Part shown: in pieces, positions 11,501 through 22,069 of the stretch | How the letters are laid out: every line of letters starts with the position of its first letter | Position numbering within the stretch: position 1 is the first letter of the stretch | Assembly (NCBI GenBank): GCA_977017575.1 | Contig: CDRNVI010000144.1 | Span: 372,001 to 436,000, forward strand | Reading direction: 5' to 3' | DNA from: Paramoeba atlantica | Lineage: Eukaryota > Protista > Discosea | DNA length: 64,000 bases | The notes under the pieces: model-generated | What the model saw: only the letters and a program-made list of their open reading frames with translations | Databases searched by the model: none | Told to the model about the DNA's origin: nothing | Translations under genes and position numbers: made by a program

Positions 11501-12098
11501 ATAATTACTGATGTGAGTTTTTTGGACTGTTTTTTCTTGCTTGTGTTTGTTGGAACTTATGTGACCTATTCTTTTTTTTCTTCAAAAAAGGTTTTTTTTG
11601 TTATGTTTGCTTTTATTATTATTTGGTTTTCTTTTGTTGGTTGGTTGAGATGTTGTTGGGAGAGTTGTTTAAAAGTTTGGATCCTCAACTTATCTTTGAG
11701 AGAGAATTACTGTTTGGGTTATTTTTATGGATTGTTGTTTCTTTCTTTATTCTAGGTTTTTTGGTTGTGTCACATATATTATTTAAAACTGTTTGGAATG
11801 ATTTCACCCTGAAAGTGTTTGTTGGCAAAGAGTCTGTTGTGAATGTTGCTGTTGTTGTTTTGTTTGATTCTCCCCAATAGTGTACTTTGTTTGGAATATT
11901 GTTGTTGTTGTTATTTTGTTATTTTATTATTGTTGTTATTTATTGTTGTTATGATTATTTTTTTCTCAGCCTGGCTCACTCTCTTGTCAATATTATTTTT
12001 TATTTTTATATCCATTTCCATTTCCTTTTTCCTTTTTGTTTTTATGTGACATTTTGTTTTTTTTTTGTTGTGAAGCTTTCTTGGATGAAGCAATCCTT

Positions 12099-12306
12099 TG
12101 TAGATTTTGTTTTATTTCTGAGGTTTCAAAGAAGCACAGTTGAGAAACTGGGAAATCAACAAGTGAGAGAGTAGAGAGGAGAAAACACAGTGACAGGATG
12201 TTGACAACAATGAACTGCAATCAGTTGAACTGAATTTAACAAGGATTCAAATAAAGGTGTTATATATATTTATAATATTTCATATTTGGATATTTAATTA
12301 TTTACA
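12099..12306 (-). repeat. gypsy-1 3' LTR (TGTAAA...TCTACA)
   Basis: TG...CA ends; similar to 17,320-17,530; preceded on the minus strand by AAGGGGGGGG. Confidence 0.8.
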
Positions 12307-12316
12307 CCCCCCCCTT
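12307..12316 (-). promoter_or_regulatory. Polypurine tract of gypsy-1
   Basis: AAGGGGGGGG directly abuts the TGT start of the 3' LTR. Confidence 0.8.
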
Positions 12317-15300
12317 GCAAGCAGAGTTTTGAGCGCAGCTTTGTCAGTTCTGAACAAAATTCAAAGTTCTTACAGGGAAAATCCACCCATTATTGATCAG
12401 TCTGCCCACCAATAACCTTTTTGAGGCTTCTTTGCCTTGAGGTAATCTTTCAACTCTTTTGTACCTCCCAGGTGTTCTTTCTCCCACCACTTATGTCATT
12501 TTCTTCCAGTAGGTGGTTGGATTTCCATACAATATTGTTGATAACCATCAAATTCTCTTTCTGAGATAATTCTATATCTCAGACTTCTTCATCCATCTCC
12601 TGGTGGGAGTTCTTTCTCCTTTATCAGGTTTTGTTCCTTTTCAATCTCAACCCTTTCATATTAATTCACTTCCATGAACAGGTTGTGGAAGAATCCATCT
12701 TGTTTTGAGATTCCTTAATCGATATATTTGAGCTGAAACAACCTCAGTTATCATATGGACATCACCTTGTGTCCTTGGATTGAATTTTTGGTTAAATTTC
12801 TTCCTTTTTTCATGATTTAGAAGAAGGACTCAGTCTCCAACCGATAGAATTTGAGTTCTTTGATGAGCATTATAGTCATCAACTCTTTGTTCCTTGGAAT
12901 CTCTTCATTTTTCATTTACCAGTTGAAAGATTTCTAACATTTTATCCCTCACATTAGCCACATATTCATCTGAAGTAACCAATTTTGGGTTTGATGTTCC
13001 CAGTGTAACATTGATTGGATATGTTGGTATTCGACCAAATTGTAACATGAAAGGTTTTTGTTTTGTTACAGAATGAACTTGGGTATTGTAAGCAAATTCC
13101 ACCAATTGGAAGGAGCAAATCCCACAGTCCCTTTGATATTTCTGGACATAAAGCCCTCATCATGTTTTTAACAGGTGAATGAATTGTTCCCACTTTGCCA
13201 TTTCCTTTGTGGTTATAGAGGGAGACCTTTGCATGGTGTGTTCCTCAGATTTGTGTCAATTCCACAAAGAGTTCTTTCTGGGCCCCTCCATCAGTCACTA
13301 TTTCCGGTGGCATTGAATGGATTGTAACATATTTCAAGAGGCATTGTGCCATCTCTTTTGTGATGACAGCTTTCAGTGGAAATAATGAAAAGTACCCTGT
13401 GAAGGCATCCACAATTGATAAGATATGGGTATATGTATTATTGAGACAATAATGTCACCTTGTTTCCAATAATTTCTGAATGTCTTTACAAAACTCAGGT
13501 ATTCTCTAATTAAGATCAAATTTCTCATTCTTTGACAAAATTGATCCTTCATATTGCTCCAGTATTGTTCTTGGTCCTTTATGATCCATTGTTTTTCTGA
13601 ATCATTCTGATTCTCAGATCCAGTGTGGCCAGCACCAGTATCTGACAGTTTTGCTCCTTCTGGCTCCTTATTTATAAGAGGTTGTATTTCAGGCACTGTA
13701 TGAACTCTGGTAGGTTCACCTGGTTGTGTACTTGACCTAAATTCATCCTCACTTCCAGAGTCAGAAATGTCATTACACTCAGTCTTGCTGGGAATTGTCT
13801 GAAGCTAACCCATCACACTGCCCAGTGTCTTACATGAAGCTGACCCAACAGCTATCCCAGATAGTCATCCTTGAGAGAGTCCCCTGCTCCTTCCTTGAGC
13901 AGATTGGCCACCAAGCTGACCCATGCTTTCTGTGCACTGACCCATTTTAGCCAATAACTCCTTTCCATCTCTGGTGGACTCATCTACCCTATGACAGGTT
14001 TTTGAGAGAGAACAGAGCTTCAATATTGCCATTTTTTGTTTGTTAAAATGTTGTTTTGTTTTCCACATTTTTAACTCCCAGTCTCTCCAGGACTTCTTAA
14101 TTGGAGTTTGAGCATCTTCCTCTTGATAGGATACATGATGTGCTCAACTGAGTGTATCAGGAATAACCAGTGTTTTCCCAGGTTGGTGTAGAATTTGACT
14201 TGCAACTGCTGCTATTTCCAGCAGCCACCCACAGATAAGTTTGCTTCTTGTTTGCTTACTGTGGAGTTGCACAGTTTGACTGTTGACTCTGGTGCTCACT
14301 AAAAATCACCACATCTCTTCCCATAATGAATTCCTTAAACTTGTTAATTGCCCAGTAAGCCTCATAACATTCTTGTTCAGAATTTGTATATTTTTATTGT
14401 GTTTTGGCAAAGCCAGACTTGTGAAAGCGACTATTTTGTGCTTTTTTGGTATTCCTGACCTTTTTGGTGCTGGTTTATCAAGAGGATCATCAGGGTGTTG
14501 TGTCAGTATTGAATCATAACCATTTTTTGATGTGTCCACATGAATATAGAATGTTTTTCTGAAATTTGGCATTGGTATTCTTGCAATTGTTTCCTTCATT
14601 TCCTGAAATTCATTATCTGCCTTCTTAACCCATTCAAATAATGGTTGTAGCAGTAATTCTCGAAGGTGGTATGTTTTTTGAGAACAATTGTGGATGAATC
14701 TCCTACACCAACTAACCAATCCTAAGAGTGATTGTAATTCCTTTTGATTGGTTGGTTGTGGAAAATGTTTTATGGCCTTGACTTTCTTGTCATTAGCCAA
14801 AATTCCATCCTTTGTTGCTGTATATCCAAGTAATGTGAAAGATCTTTCACCACTTTACTCAGGTTAATTTGCAACTTATTTTCCTTTAATCTATCCAGCA
14901 CTTTCTCTACTAGTGATTGAATATGTTTCTCAAAGGTTTTTGAGAAGATAACTATGTCATCAACATAATTAATACAGATATATATCATTGCAAGCCAGCA
15001 AGTATTGTATCTATAAAATGTTGCTGTGTTGCCAGAGCATTTGTTAATCCAAATGGCATTGAATTCCATTCCCACAGCCTGAATTGTGAACAAAAGCCAT
15101 TTTTCCCTTGTCCTCCTCTTGGATTGGGATTGACTAAAATGCTGCAGTCATATCCAATGTTGAAAAGAATGAGGATTCACCCAGGTATGACAACACATCA
15201 TTAATTTTTTTGGTATTAGATAACTCCATTTCTTAGTCCTTTCATTTAATTCTCTGTAATCCACACAGAATCAGACTTTTTCATTTGCTTTTTTGCCACT

Positions 15301-17319
15301 AACATGGTGAATTTGATGATTGGATGACTCTTCTCTTGGCCATCTCTTGGATTTGATTCTCTTCAATTGTCCTTTTGACTGTCTCCTTTGTATAATAAGC
15401 TCATCTAAAAGGCTTTTGAGTTTCATCTTTAAGTTCAATTTTGAACTCTGTTGCATCTGTATGCATGATTGGAGCATTGCTAAGTATGTCCCACATTTCT
15501 TTGTATTTTTCAAAGAGTTTACAGAGTTGAATCATTTGATCAAGATTGAGATCACTAAGAGTGAGGTCAGTTTTCTTTGTGAACTCCTCATATTCCTCTG
15601 GAATCATCTTTTCATCTTCTTCCAGATTTTTCTGACCATCTCTCAACAGGATATTTGCTAAAGAACATTGATGCTATTTCTTCTGAGAATCCCCAACCTC
15701 CTTGATTGCACATGTGTTTTGCCATTCCATGGCAGTCCTCTTGAGGCTGTAGTTCTGGAGTGACCAATTTATCTTTATACATTCTTTCATCTGACTTCTT
15801 TTGGTGAAGTTTTACTGGTCTTTTATCAAGAGGTTTTGCAATGGTTTGTTCTGCATTCTTTTCTGTAACATTAATGTGTTTTACAACATGTAGACCCTTT
15901 TTCAAGTGAGAATGAGGTATTTCCAACATTCATAATCTCAATTCAAGTAGTGTAGATATATTGTCTCACATGATCAAATCTCAGTTGTAGAGCTTTTTTT
16001 TTCTGTCTGACCTCAACTGCTAAGATTGATCTAGGATCCAATCTTGTTTGTGTAGTTATTTTTAATTCTCCAATCTCTCTGGGATTGGGAAGGAGTGAAC
16101 TTCTTCAGTTGGCATTATTGATGATTTGTCAGCTAAGGAAATGTAATTTCCTTTGTAATGGTCTCCAAAGTTTGGGAATTGCTTTATTCAGGAATGTTCT
16201 TGCCACAACATCTATCCTGCAAGCCCTAGAATCACAAAGTGCTTGTGTAGTAAATATCATTGACCATGCAAGGTATGTTGAACAGTTTATTATTTATTTG
16301 GTATATTTTAGGATTCAAGTCTCTTACTAGGTTGCCAATATGGATTGTGAAGCCATTTTCACTCATCTTGACCACCATCTTGTCTTGTTGCCAAGTATTT
16401 TGAGTAAATTCCTTTTTACTCTTAAAAGAATTGACAAACCATTTGCTTTTTCTTTAAGTTCTTCAAGAGTTAATATCCCACATCCAAGGAGTTCACAAGT
16501 AAAGTATTTTCCAACTGAAATCCCCACATCCTCTCTTTCTTGGAACTCTTTTGTTCCAATTAACAAGACTCATATGTTTATATTTCCTTGCTGCAGCATC
16601 ACCATATCTATCCACAGTGCTTATCCAGGGATGAAAGAAAACAGGTTATTGGTTCACTCCTCTTCAATTTTTCTTTGGTTCTTTAATACTTATCTGTTCC
16701 CCCCCTAACAGACACTTTATTTAGACCTTGGAAGATTGGATTTTTGAATTCTCACATTGCTTCCTTCACATAGATTTCCTGAAAGGGAGTTTCTCTTATC
16801 TTCAAGAACAGGTGCAAATATTCTGTAGTTACCACCTGAAATTCTTGATTAGTAACTTTTTTATCAGGTACTCAAAAAAGATCAAACTTCTGCTGTTCCA
16901 TAAGGACAACTTTCTCACCAAAGAATCTATTAAGGGTACACAACAAATTCAAAGGTAATCCATCCAACTTTTGGCCTAATGAGTTTCAATTGCCCTTGCA
17001 AACTTGATTTGTTTTCTGAACTCAAGTATGTTTGGTCAAATATCTTGTTTAATACTCTTTTTTTTGATGCAAAATTGAGAAGCTTGGACTGGGTTTTGGA
17101 AATTCACATCTTTAATTACCAATTTCCAATGTTGTTTCTAAGATTTGTAGTTTGGTTCTTTCATCTTTAAAAACTCCTTCTTTATTCACACCAACTCTTC
17201 ATTTTGCACAACCAGGAAATGAATTGCCTTCACCAATTGTTCTGCTTGGAGTTTCCTCTAAGCAATTTCTCAAAATCAAATGCTTCTTCTATTGGTTATT
17301 CAAATTGAAGCATTACCAA

Positions 17320-17530
17320 GATAGATTTTATTTTACTTCTAAGGTTTCAATAGTTTAAAGAAGTACAATTGAAAACTGGGAAAATCAAGAAGTGGAAAAG
17401 TGAAGAAAAGAAAATGTAGTAATAAGAATATTAATGATAATGAACTTTAATCAATTGAATTGAATTCAACAAGAATTTAAATAAAGATATTATATATATT
17501 TATAATATTTCATATTTGAATATTTTTTTA
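17320..17530 (-). repeat. gypsy-1 5' LTR (heavily AT-shifted)
   Basis: Colinear with 12,099-12,306, e.g. the shared TATATATATTTATAATATTTCATATTTG; most differences are C->T/G->A in this copy. Confidence 0.7.
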
Positions 17531-17819
17531 AACTTAATTAAGATTTAAAGTTTGAATAAAAAACTCTTTTATATGATAAAATAATATTTTGAAAAGTTTT
17601 TAATTTAAAAAGTAGTGAAAAAGATATTAGTTTTAGATTTTATTTTGAAGAAGAAATATAAAAGATTAATACAAAAGAAATGATGTTAAAAGAGAAAAAA
17701 TAAAAAAAAATTTAAATTAATCTCATTAACTTTCTTATTTTTTTGTTTTTTTAAAGATGAGTATGATAGTTTAGTTGTTCTTTTCTTCAATTTCTCATTT
17801 TTGAAGTCTCAAGTTCAAT

Positions 17820-17940
17820 TCTTTTAATTTTCCAATTTTCCAATTTTTCAATTTTCTAATTTTCCAATTTTCCAATTTTCCAATTTTCCAATTTTTCAGT
17901 TTTTTAGTTTTTTAGTTTTTTAGTTTTTTAGTTTTTTTTA
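17820..17940. repeat. TTTTCCAA / TTTTTAG microsatellite
   Basis: About ten degenerate AATTTTCC units followed by GTTTTTTA units. Confidence 0.85.
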
Positions 17941-18585
17941 TAAATAAATCAAATAAATTGTAAAATTGTGTAAAAAGTACAATTTTATTTGTAACTTGTT
18001 TGGAAATGAACTTTTAAACATCAAAAACTAAATAACAATTGAGAAAAAATGAAAATAGAAAATAATACAAATAAACATTGAAAAAAGTGGTTGGAAAATA
18101 ATCAAAAACAAAGGGAAATATGTTTTTTTTTTTGTAAATAAATCAAATAAATTGTAAAATTGTGTAAAAAGTACAATTTTATTTGTAACTTGTCTGGAAA
18201 TGAACTTTTAAACATCAAAAACTAAATAACAATTTTTTAAAAAATGAAAATAATACAAATATTGAATTATACATTGAAAAAAGTGATTGGGAAATAATCA
18301 AAAACAAAGGGAAATATATTTTTTTTTTTGTAAATAAATCAAATAAATTGTAAAATTGAGTAAAATATTCAATTTTATTTGTAACTTGTTTGGAAATGAA
18401 CTTTTAAACATCAAAAACTGAATAACAATTTTCTAAAAATGAAAATAATACAAATAGACATTGAAAAAAGTGGTTGGGAAATGATTAAAAACAAAGGGAA
18501 ATATGTTTTTTTTTTTGTAAATAAGTCAAATAAATTGTAAAATTGTGTAAAAAGTACAATTTTATTTGTAATTTATCTGGAAATC
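17941..18585. repeat. ~190 bp AT-rich tandem repeat, ~3.3 units
   Basis: TAAATAA(A/G)TCAAATAAATTGTAAAATTG recurs at 17,941, 18,135, 18,331 and 18,518. Confidence 0.9.
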
Positions 18586-20182
18586 TCTTCTCCCTCTATT
18601 AGAAAACTTATAAAAAATATCAAAAAATGTGGATTAAATTGATTTAACAAGCAGGAAAGAGTATAAAATTCCCTAATTCCTTTGGAGAAAGCTAATTGTG
18701 TTTGATTCCCAAGGTTGAGAACATTTCTTGCTCTAACCAGTTCAGACTTATAAGTGTAACAAACTCTGATTATTGAATTGTAATGTAATATTAAGCTTTT
18801 TGGTTTTCTGAAATTGCAAGTGGAGTAATCTTTGATACTCAACATGCAATGTTTAAGGGGAAATCAATTGATGCAACTGTGAAAACAATTTATGATGTCT
18901 TCTATGAAGCTTTGGCCAATGAACAAAATATTATTCTTCCAAACTGACTTCTACAAGGCTTATGATTATGTAAACTGTGATGCTCTAATTCACATCTTGA
19001 AGAGATTGAAGGCTCCTTTCCAAGCTATCTTTGTGATTGAGAAAGTACTCCACCCCTCTAAAACTTGGTTACCCTCAATTGAAGGGAAACCTAGCTTTTC
19101 TCTAGCTAACTTTATTACCAGTAGAACTGAAGTTCAACAAGGCTGCCCAATCTCCCCTCTTCTCTTCCTAATTATCTTTGATTTATTGCTGGTGAGCCTC
19201 AACAAGAACCACCCTCTTGAGAAGCTCTCTGGTTTCATGGATGACCTTGGACTACTCCTGAAAAAAGTTAACACCATTAACCTCTTGACCCCCACTTTTC
19301 AGAAGTATGAAAAGACAACTGGTGCTCTCTTGAATTACTCAAAGTGCTTTGTTTTAATAACTCAAATGTATAAACCTTCTGGCCTTTGGTCTGCAATGCC
19401 CAAAACCAACTTTAAAAGCAATGAGATAACTTATTTAGGTGTGTGAATAAGCTGTAAGATGGAATTAAAGAAGGATTGATTTAAAGTATGTGAAAAGATG
19501 CAAAGAGTAAGTAAGGCCATTAAGAATCAAGGAGGGCCCTTTGCAGTAAAAGTAAGGATAATTAACACCTACTTAATTCCCTGTATGGGTTACTTGGCCT
19601 GCTTTAAACTTATCCCTCAATCTGTATCTGTGATAGTATGGAAACTCATTCAAGCTGCCTTGGGAGCATATGCCAATCTAAAAACCACCATTCTGACTGC
19701 TTGCCATTCTCTTATGGGTAGTAAATGTCAGGTTCACCATTTCATTCTCTTCAATTGGGCTCTTCTTATCTCTCATAAACCTTTAAGTTATGAATACAAG
19801 AATCTCTTGGCCATTGGAGCTATGAGACTTGATGCTTACTCTGCTGCTTCAAAAATCTCTAAAGAAGTGACTTTGAGAGGCCTAACCAAAACAAACTATA
19901 ATTCCCTTTCTCATCAAGTACCTATTGTGCTTGAAGATATCTACCAAGAGGATGGAAAGATCAAATGTATTGTCTACAACTTAGCTTATACTTTTAAACC
20001 TCAGCTCCAATGAAATCTTACCAAATTCTTGATTCATGGTCTCTCTATAATGGATAAGATCTCCCATTTTACTTTGAAACCTCCTACCTGTTGATTATGT
20101 AAGAAAGAAAAAGAATCTTGAACCCACCTCCTTGAAACTTGTATTTGTGCTAAAAGCTACCTTGAGAAGATGGAATGAAGCT

Positions 20183-20504
20183 AATTGTGGCATAATGGCT
20201 TAGTTGGTAAAATAACTATTGCTTCAATTCAGGGTTACAGGTTCAAATTCCAAAGAGGAAAATATTAAAAATATTATTTTCTCTTCTTGCTCACTTGAAT
20301 GTGAAAAATGGAATAGGTTATTCTCTGCTCTATTTGCTAAAAAGCAGAGAATAAATTCCCTGAAAAGGAGTTTAAGTGAATTAAAGGTCTTTGGACCATT
20401 TAAACCTAAAAAAGTGAAACTCTATCCTTGTTATTTTTAACCTTAAAAAATTAGTGGCTTTGGGTTAGGCTATTACCTAATAAAGTCCAGTGTTAAAAAG
20501 AAAA
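20183..20504 (+). mobile_element. SINE-A (tRNA-derived), full length
   Basis: A box TGGCTTAGTTGG, B box GGTTCAAAT(T/C)CC, 3' AATAAAGTCCAGTGTTAAAAAGAAAA; diverged TSD AAGATGGAATGAAGCT / AAGATGGGACAAAGCT. Confidence 0.9.
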
Positions 20505-20789
20505 AAGATGGGACAAAGCTGCATAAAGTTGAAACTTCCATCTTGAGAATCCTCTTTCTTTGTGTGTGAACTTACTGTTCAATACTGCTCAAACCTCTTC
20601 ACCTCAATAGTGAGTGCTGTCTTACTTACACTGTGAATAACTGTGTGTGCTGAAGGATCTCAATTTGCTGAGTATGCTATTGATATCTTTTACAAAATCT
20701 TAAAAAAGAACAAATTCCTTCCCAAACCTCTTTGTAAAAACCCAACCTCTGCAAAGAAAAAGAGAGAGATTGAAAAGTTCAAGTTTAAA

Positions 20790-21170
20790 GACTTACAAGT
20801 TTTCTATGATGGTTCAAGTTGTACTGATCCTCACCTTGGTGGTGCTAACTATGCTATTTTCAGAGATGGAAAGGAAATTCTGATTGATGTTGAAACTATT
20901 TTCTTCAGTACAAATAATGTTAATGAATTCAAAAGCTGTCTCTTGAGATTAAAGAGTGCAAGAGGTTTAGGTTCTCACATCTAAATTGTTGGTGATTATA
21001 TGATATTAATTAAGGCAGCTCCTAAGAATCACAATATTAGTAACCATGAACTTAACCTCCTGTTGATTGAGATTAGAGCAACTGCTGTTAGATTTGAAGA
21101 TATTGAATTTATTCATATTTTTTATAAACTCAACAAACATGCTGATGCTATTGCTACTGCTGTTAGTTGG
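20790..21170 (+). pseudogene. LINE-encoded archaeal/plant-type RNase H domain
   Basis: VFYDGSS...GGA...TNNVNEF...LKSARGLG...IVGDY...FEDIEFIHIFYKLNKHADAIA; the D-E-D-D catalytic positions are present; one in-frame stop. Confidence 0.8.
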
Positions 21171-21296
21171 TCAGTTATGGATGGAATAGCTGCTGTTAAT
21201 GATCTCAAATGGAATTCTTGTATTAGACAAGTTGGAAAAACTGAAGAAAAATGGATTGTTGATAACTCTTTTTTATAGACTAAACTGAACAACCCC

Positions 21297-21620
21297 AATT
21301 GTAGCATGATGGCTTAGTTGGTAAAACAGCTATTGCTTCAATTTGGGGTTGTAGATTCAAATTTCAAAGAAGAAAATATTAAAAATATTATTTTCTCTTC
21401 TTGCTCACTTGAATGTGAAAAACAGAACAGGTTATTCTTTACTCTATCTACTAAAAAGCAGAGAATAAAGTTCCTGAGAAGGAGTTTAAGTGAATTAAAG
21501 GTCTTTGGACCATTTAAACCTAAAGAGGTGAAACTCTATCCTCATTATCTTTAACCTTAAAAAATTAATAGCTTTGGGTTAGACCATTACCTAATAAAGT
21601 CCAGTGTTAAAAAGAAAAAA
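21297..21620 (+). mobile_element. SINE-A, full length
   Basis: Same head and tail; diverged TSD TAAACTGAACAACCCC / TAAATTGAATAACTCC. Confidence 0.9.
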
Positions 21621-22069
21621 TAAATTGAATAACTCCCTTAAGTATGATTAAAGTTATTCTATCCCTTTTTCCACACTCTTGAGGAAATTTCAAGGTTTAG
21701 TGATTACAATTCAAGTGGTATACTTCTCCAAACCTCTCTCTTTTGATGGAACCTTGATAACACCTGTAGCCCTTTCTAAAAACCTCTATAATATATATTC
21801 TACTTCAATCCTAAGTGACAAGTTATGTGAAAATATGTTGGATAATGAAAAGAACAGAAAAAAAAGAAAAAAAAAAAAAAAAAGATATGTAATCTTTAAA
21901 GAAGGTAAACTTCCTCCAAGTGATGATGAAGATTAACTAACTATTCTAAGAATTAATTAATTTAAATATTATTAACCATGTCTATATTACCAATTGATAA
22001 AACCTAAACTATCTTTTCTATCTATATGATGGTTTTTTACCTTAATAAATTAATAGCATTTTCTGATGT

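Larger units (their letters stand above)
12099..17530 (-). mobile_element. Decayed Ty3/gypsy LTR retrotransposon (gypsy-1)
   Basis: Direct repeats at ~12,099-12,306 and ~17,320-17,530; PPT next to the left LTR; frameshifted pol with protease ALCDS(R)A (~16,230), RT NYVDDIVIFS (~14,960), RNase H FYIHVDTS, integrase VEFAYNT...PFMLQFGRIP. Confidence 0.9.
18586..21885 (+). mobile_element. L1-like LINE (family L1-X) copy A, 5'-truncated: RT, zinc finger and C-terminal RNase H
   Basis: QTDFYKAYDYV, VQQGCPISPLLF, GFMDDLGLL; CxxC...HLLETC at ~20,085-20,150; RNase H at ~20,790-21,170; A-rich end at ~21,855-21,885; two SINE insertions; many stops. Confidence 0.9.

Noticed and set aside
508-12220. Dozens of F/L-rich and K/R/E-rich ORFs in the ORF track
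   Set aside because: They are translations of intronic microsatellites (TTTC, TTTTA, AAAG) that lack stop codons; only the embedded LRR exons are credible.
17295-17320. tRNA assignment for the gypsy-1 PBS (TGGTAATGCTTC...)
   Set aside because: Too decayed to match to a specific tRNA by eye.
17820-17940. Interstitial telomere (TTTTCCAA run; also AAACCCT at L1 5' ends)
   Set aside because: Short and degenerate, with no match to a telomere unit I can support; AAACCCT occurs singly as part of a hairpin.
20183-20260. tRNA genes at the SINE heads
   Set aside because: A and B boxes are present but there is no consistent acceptor stem or cloverleaf; each is followed by a shared body, an A-tail and TSDs.
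20790-21170. Standalone bacterial rnhA acquired horizontally
   Set aside because: It is colinear with L1 ORF2 downstream of the zinc finger and decays like the rest of the element.
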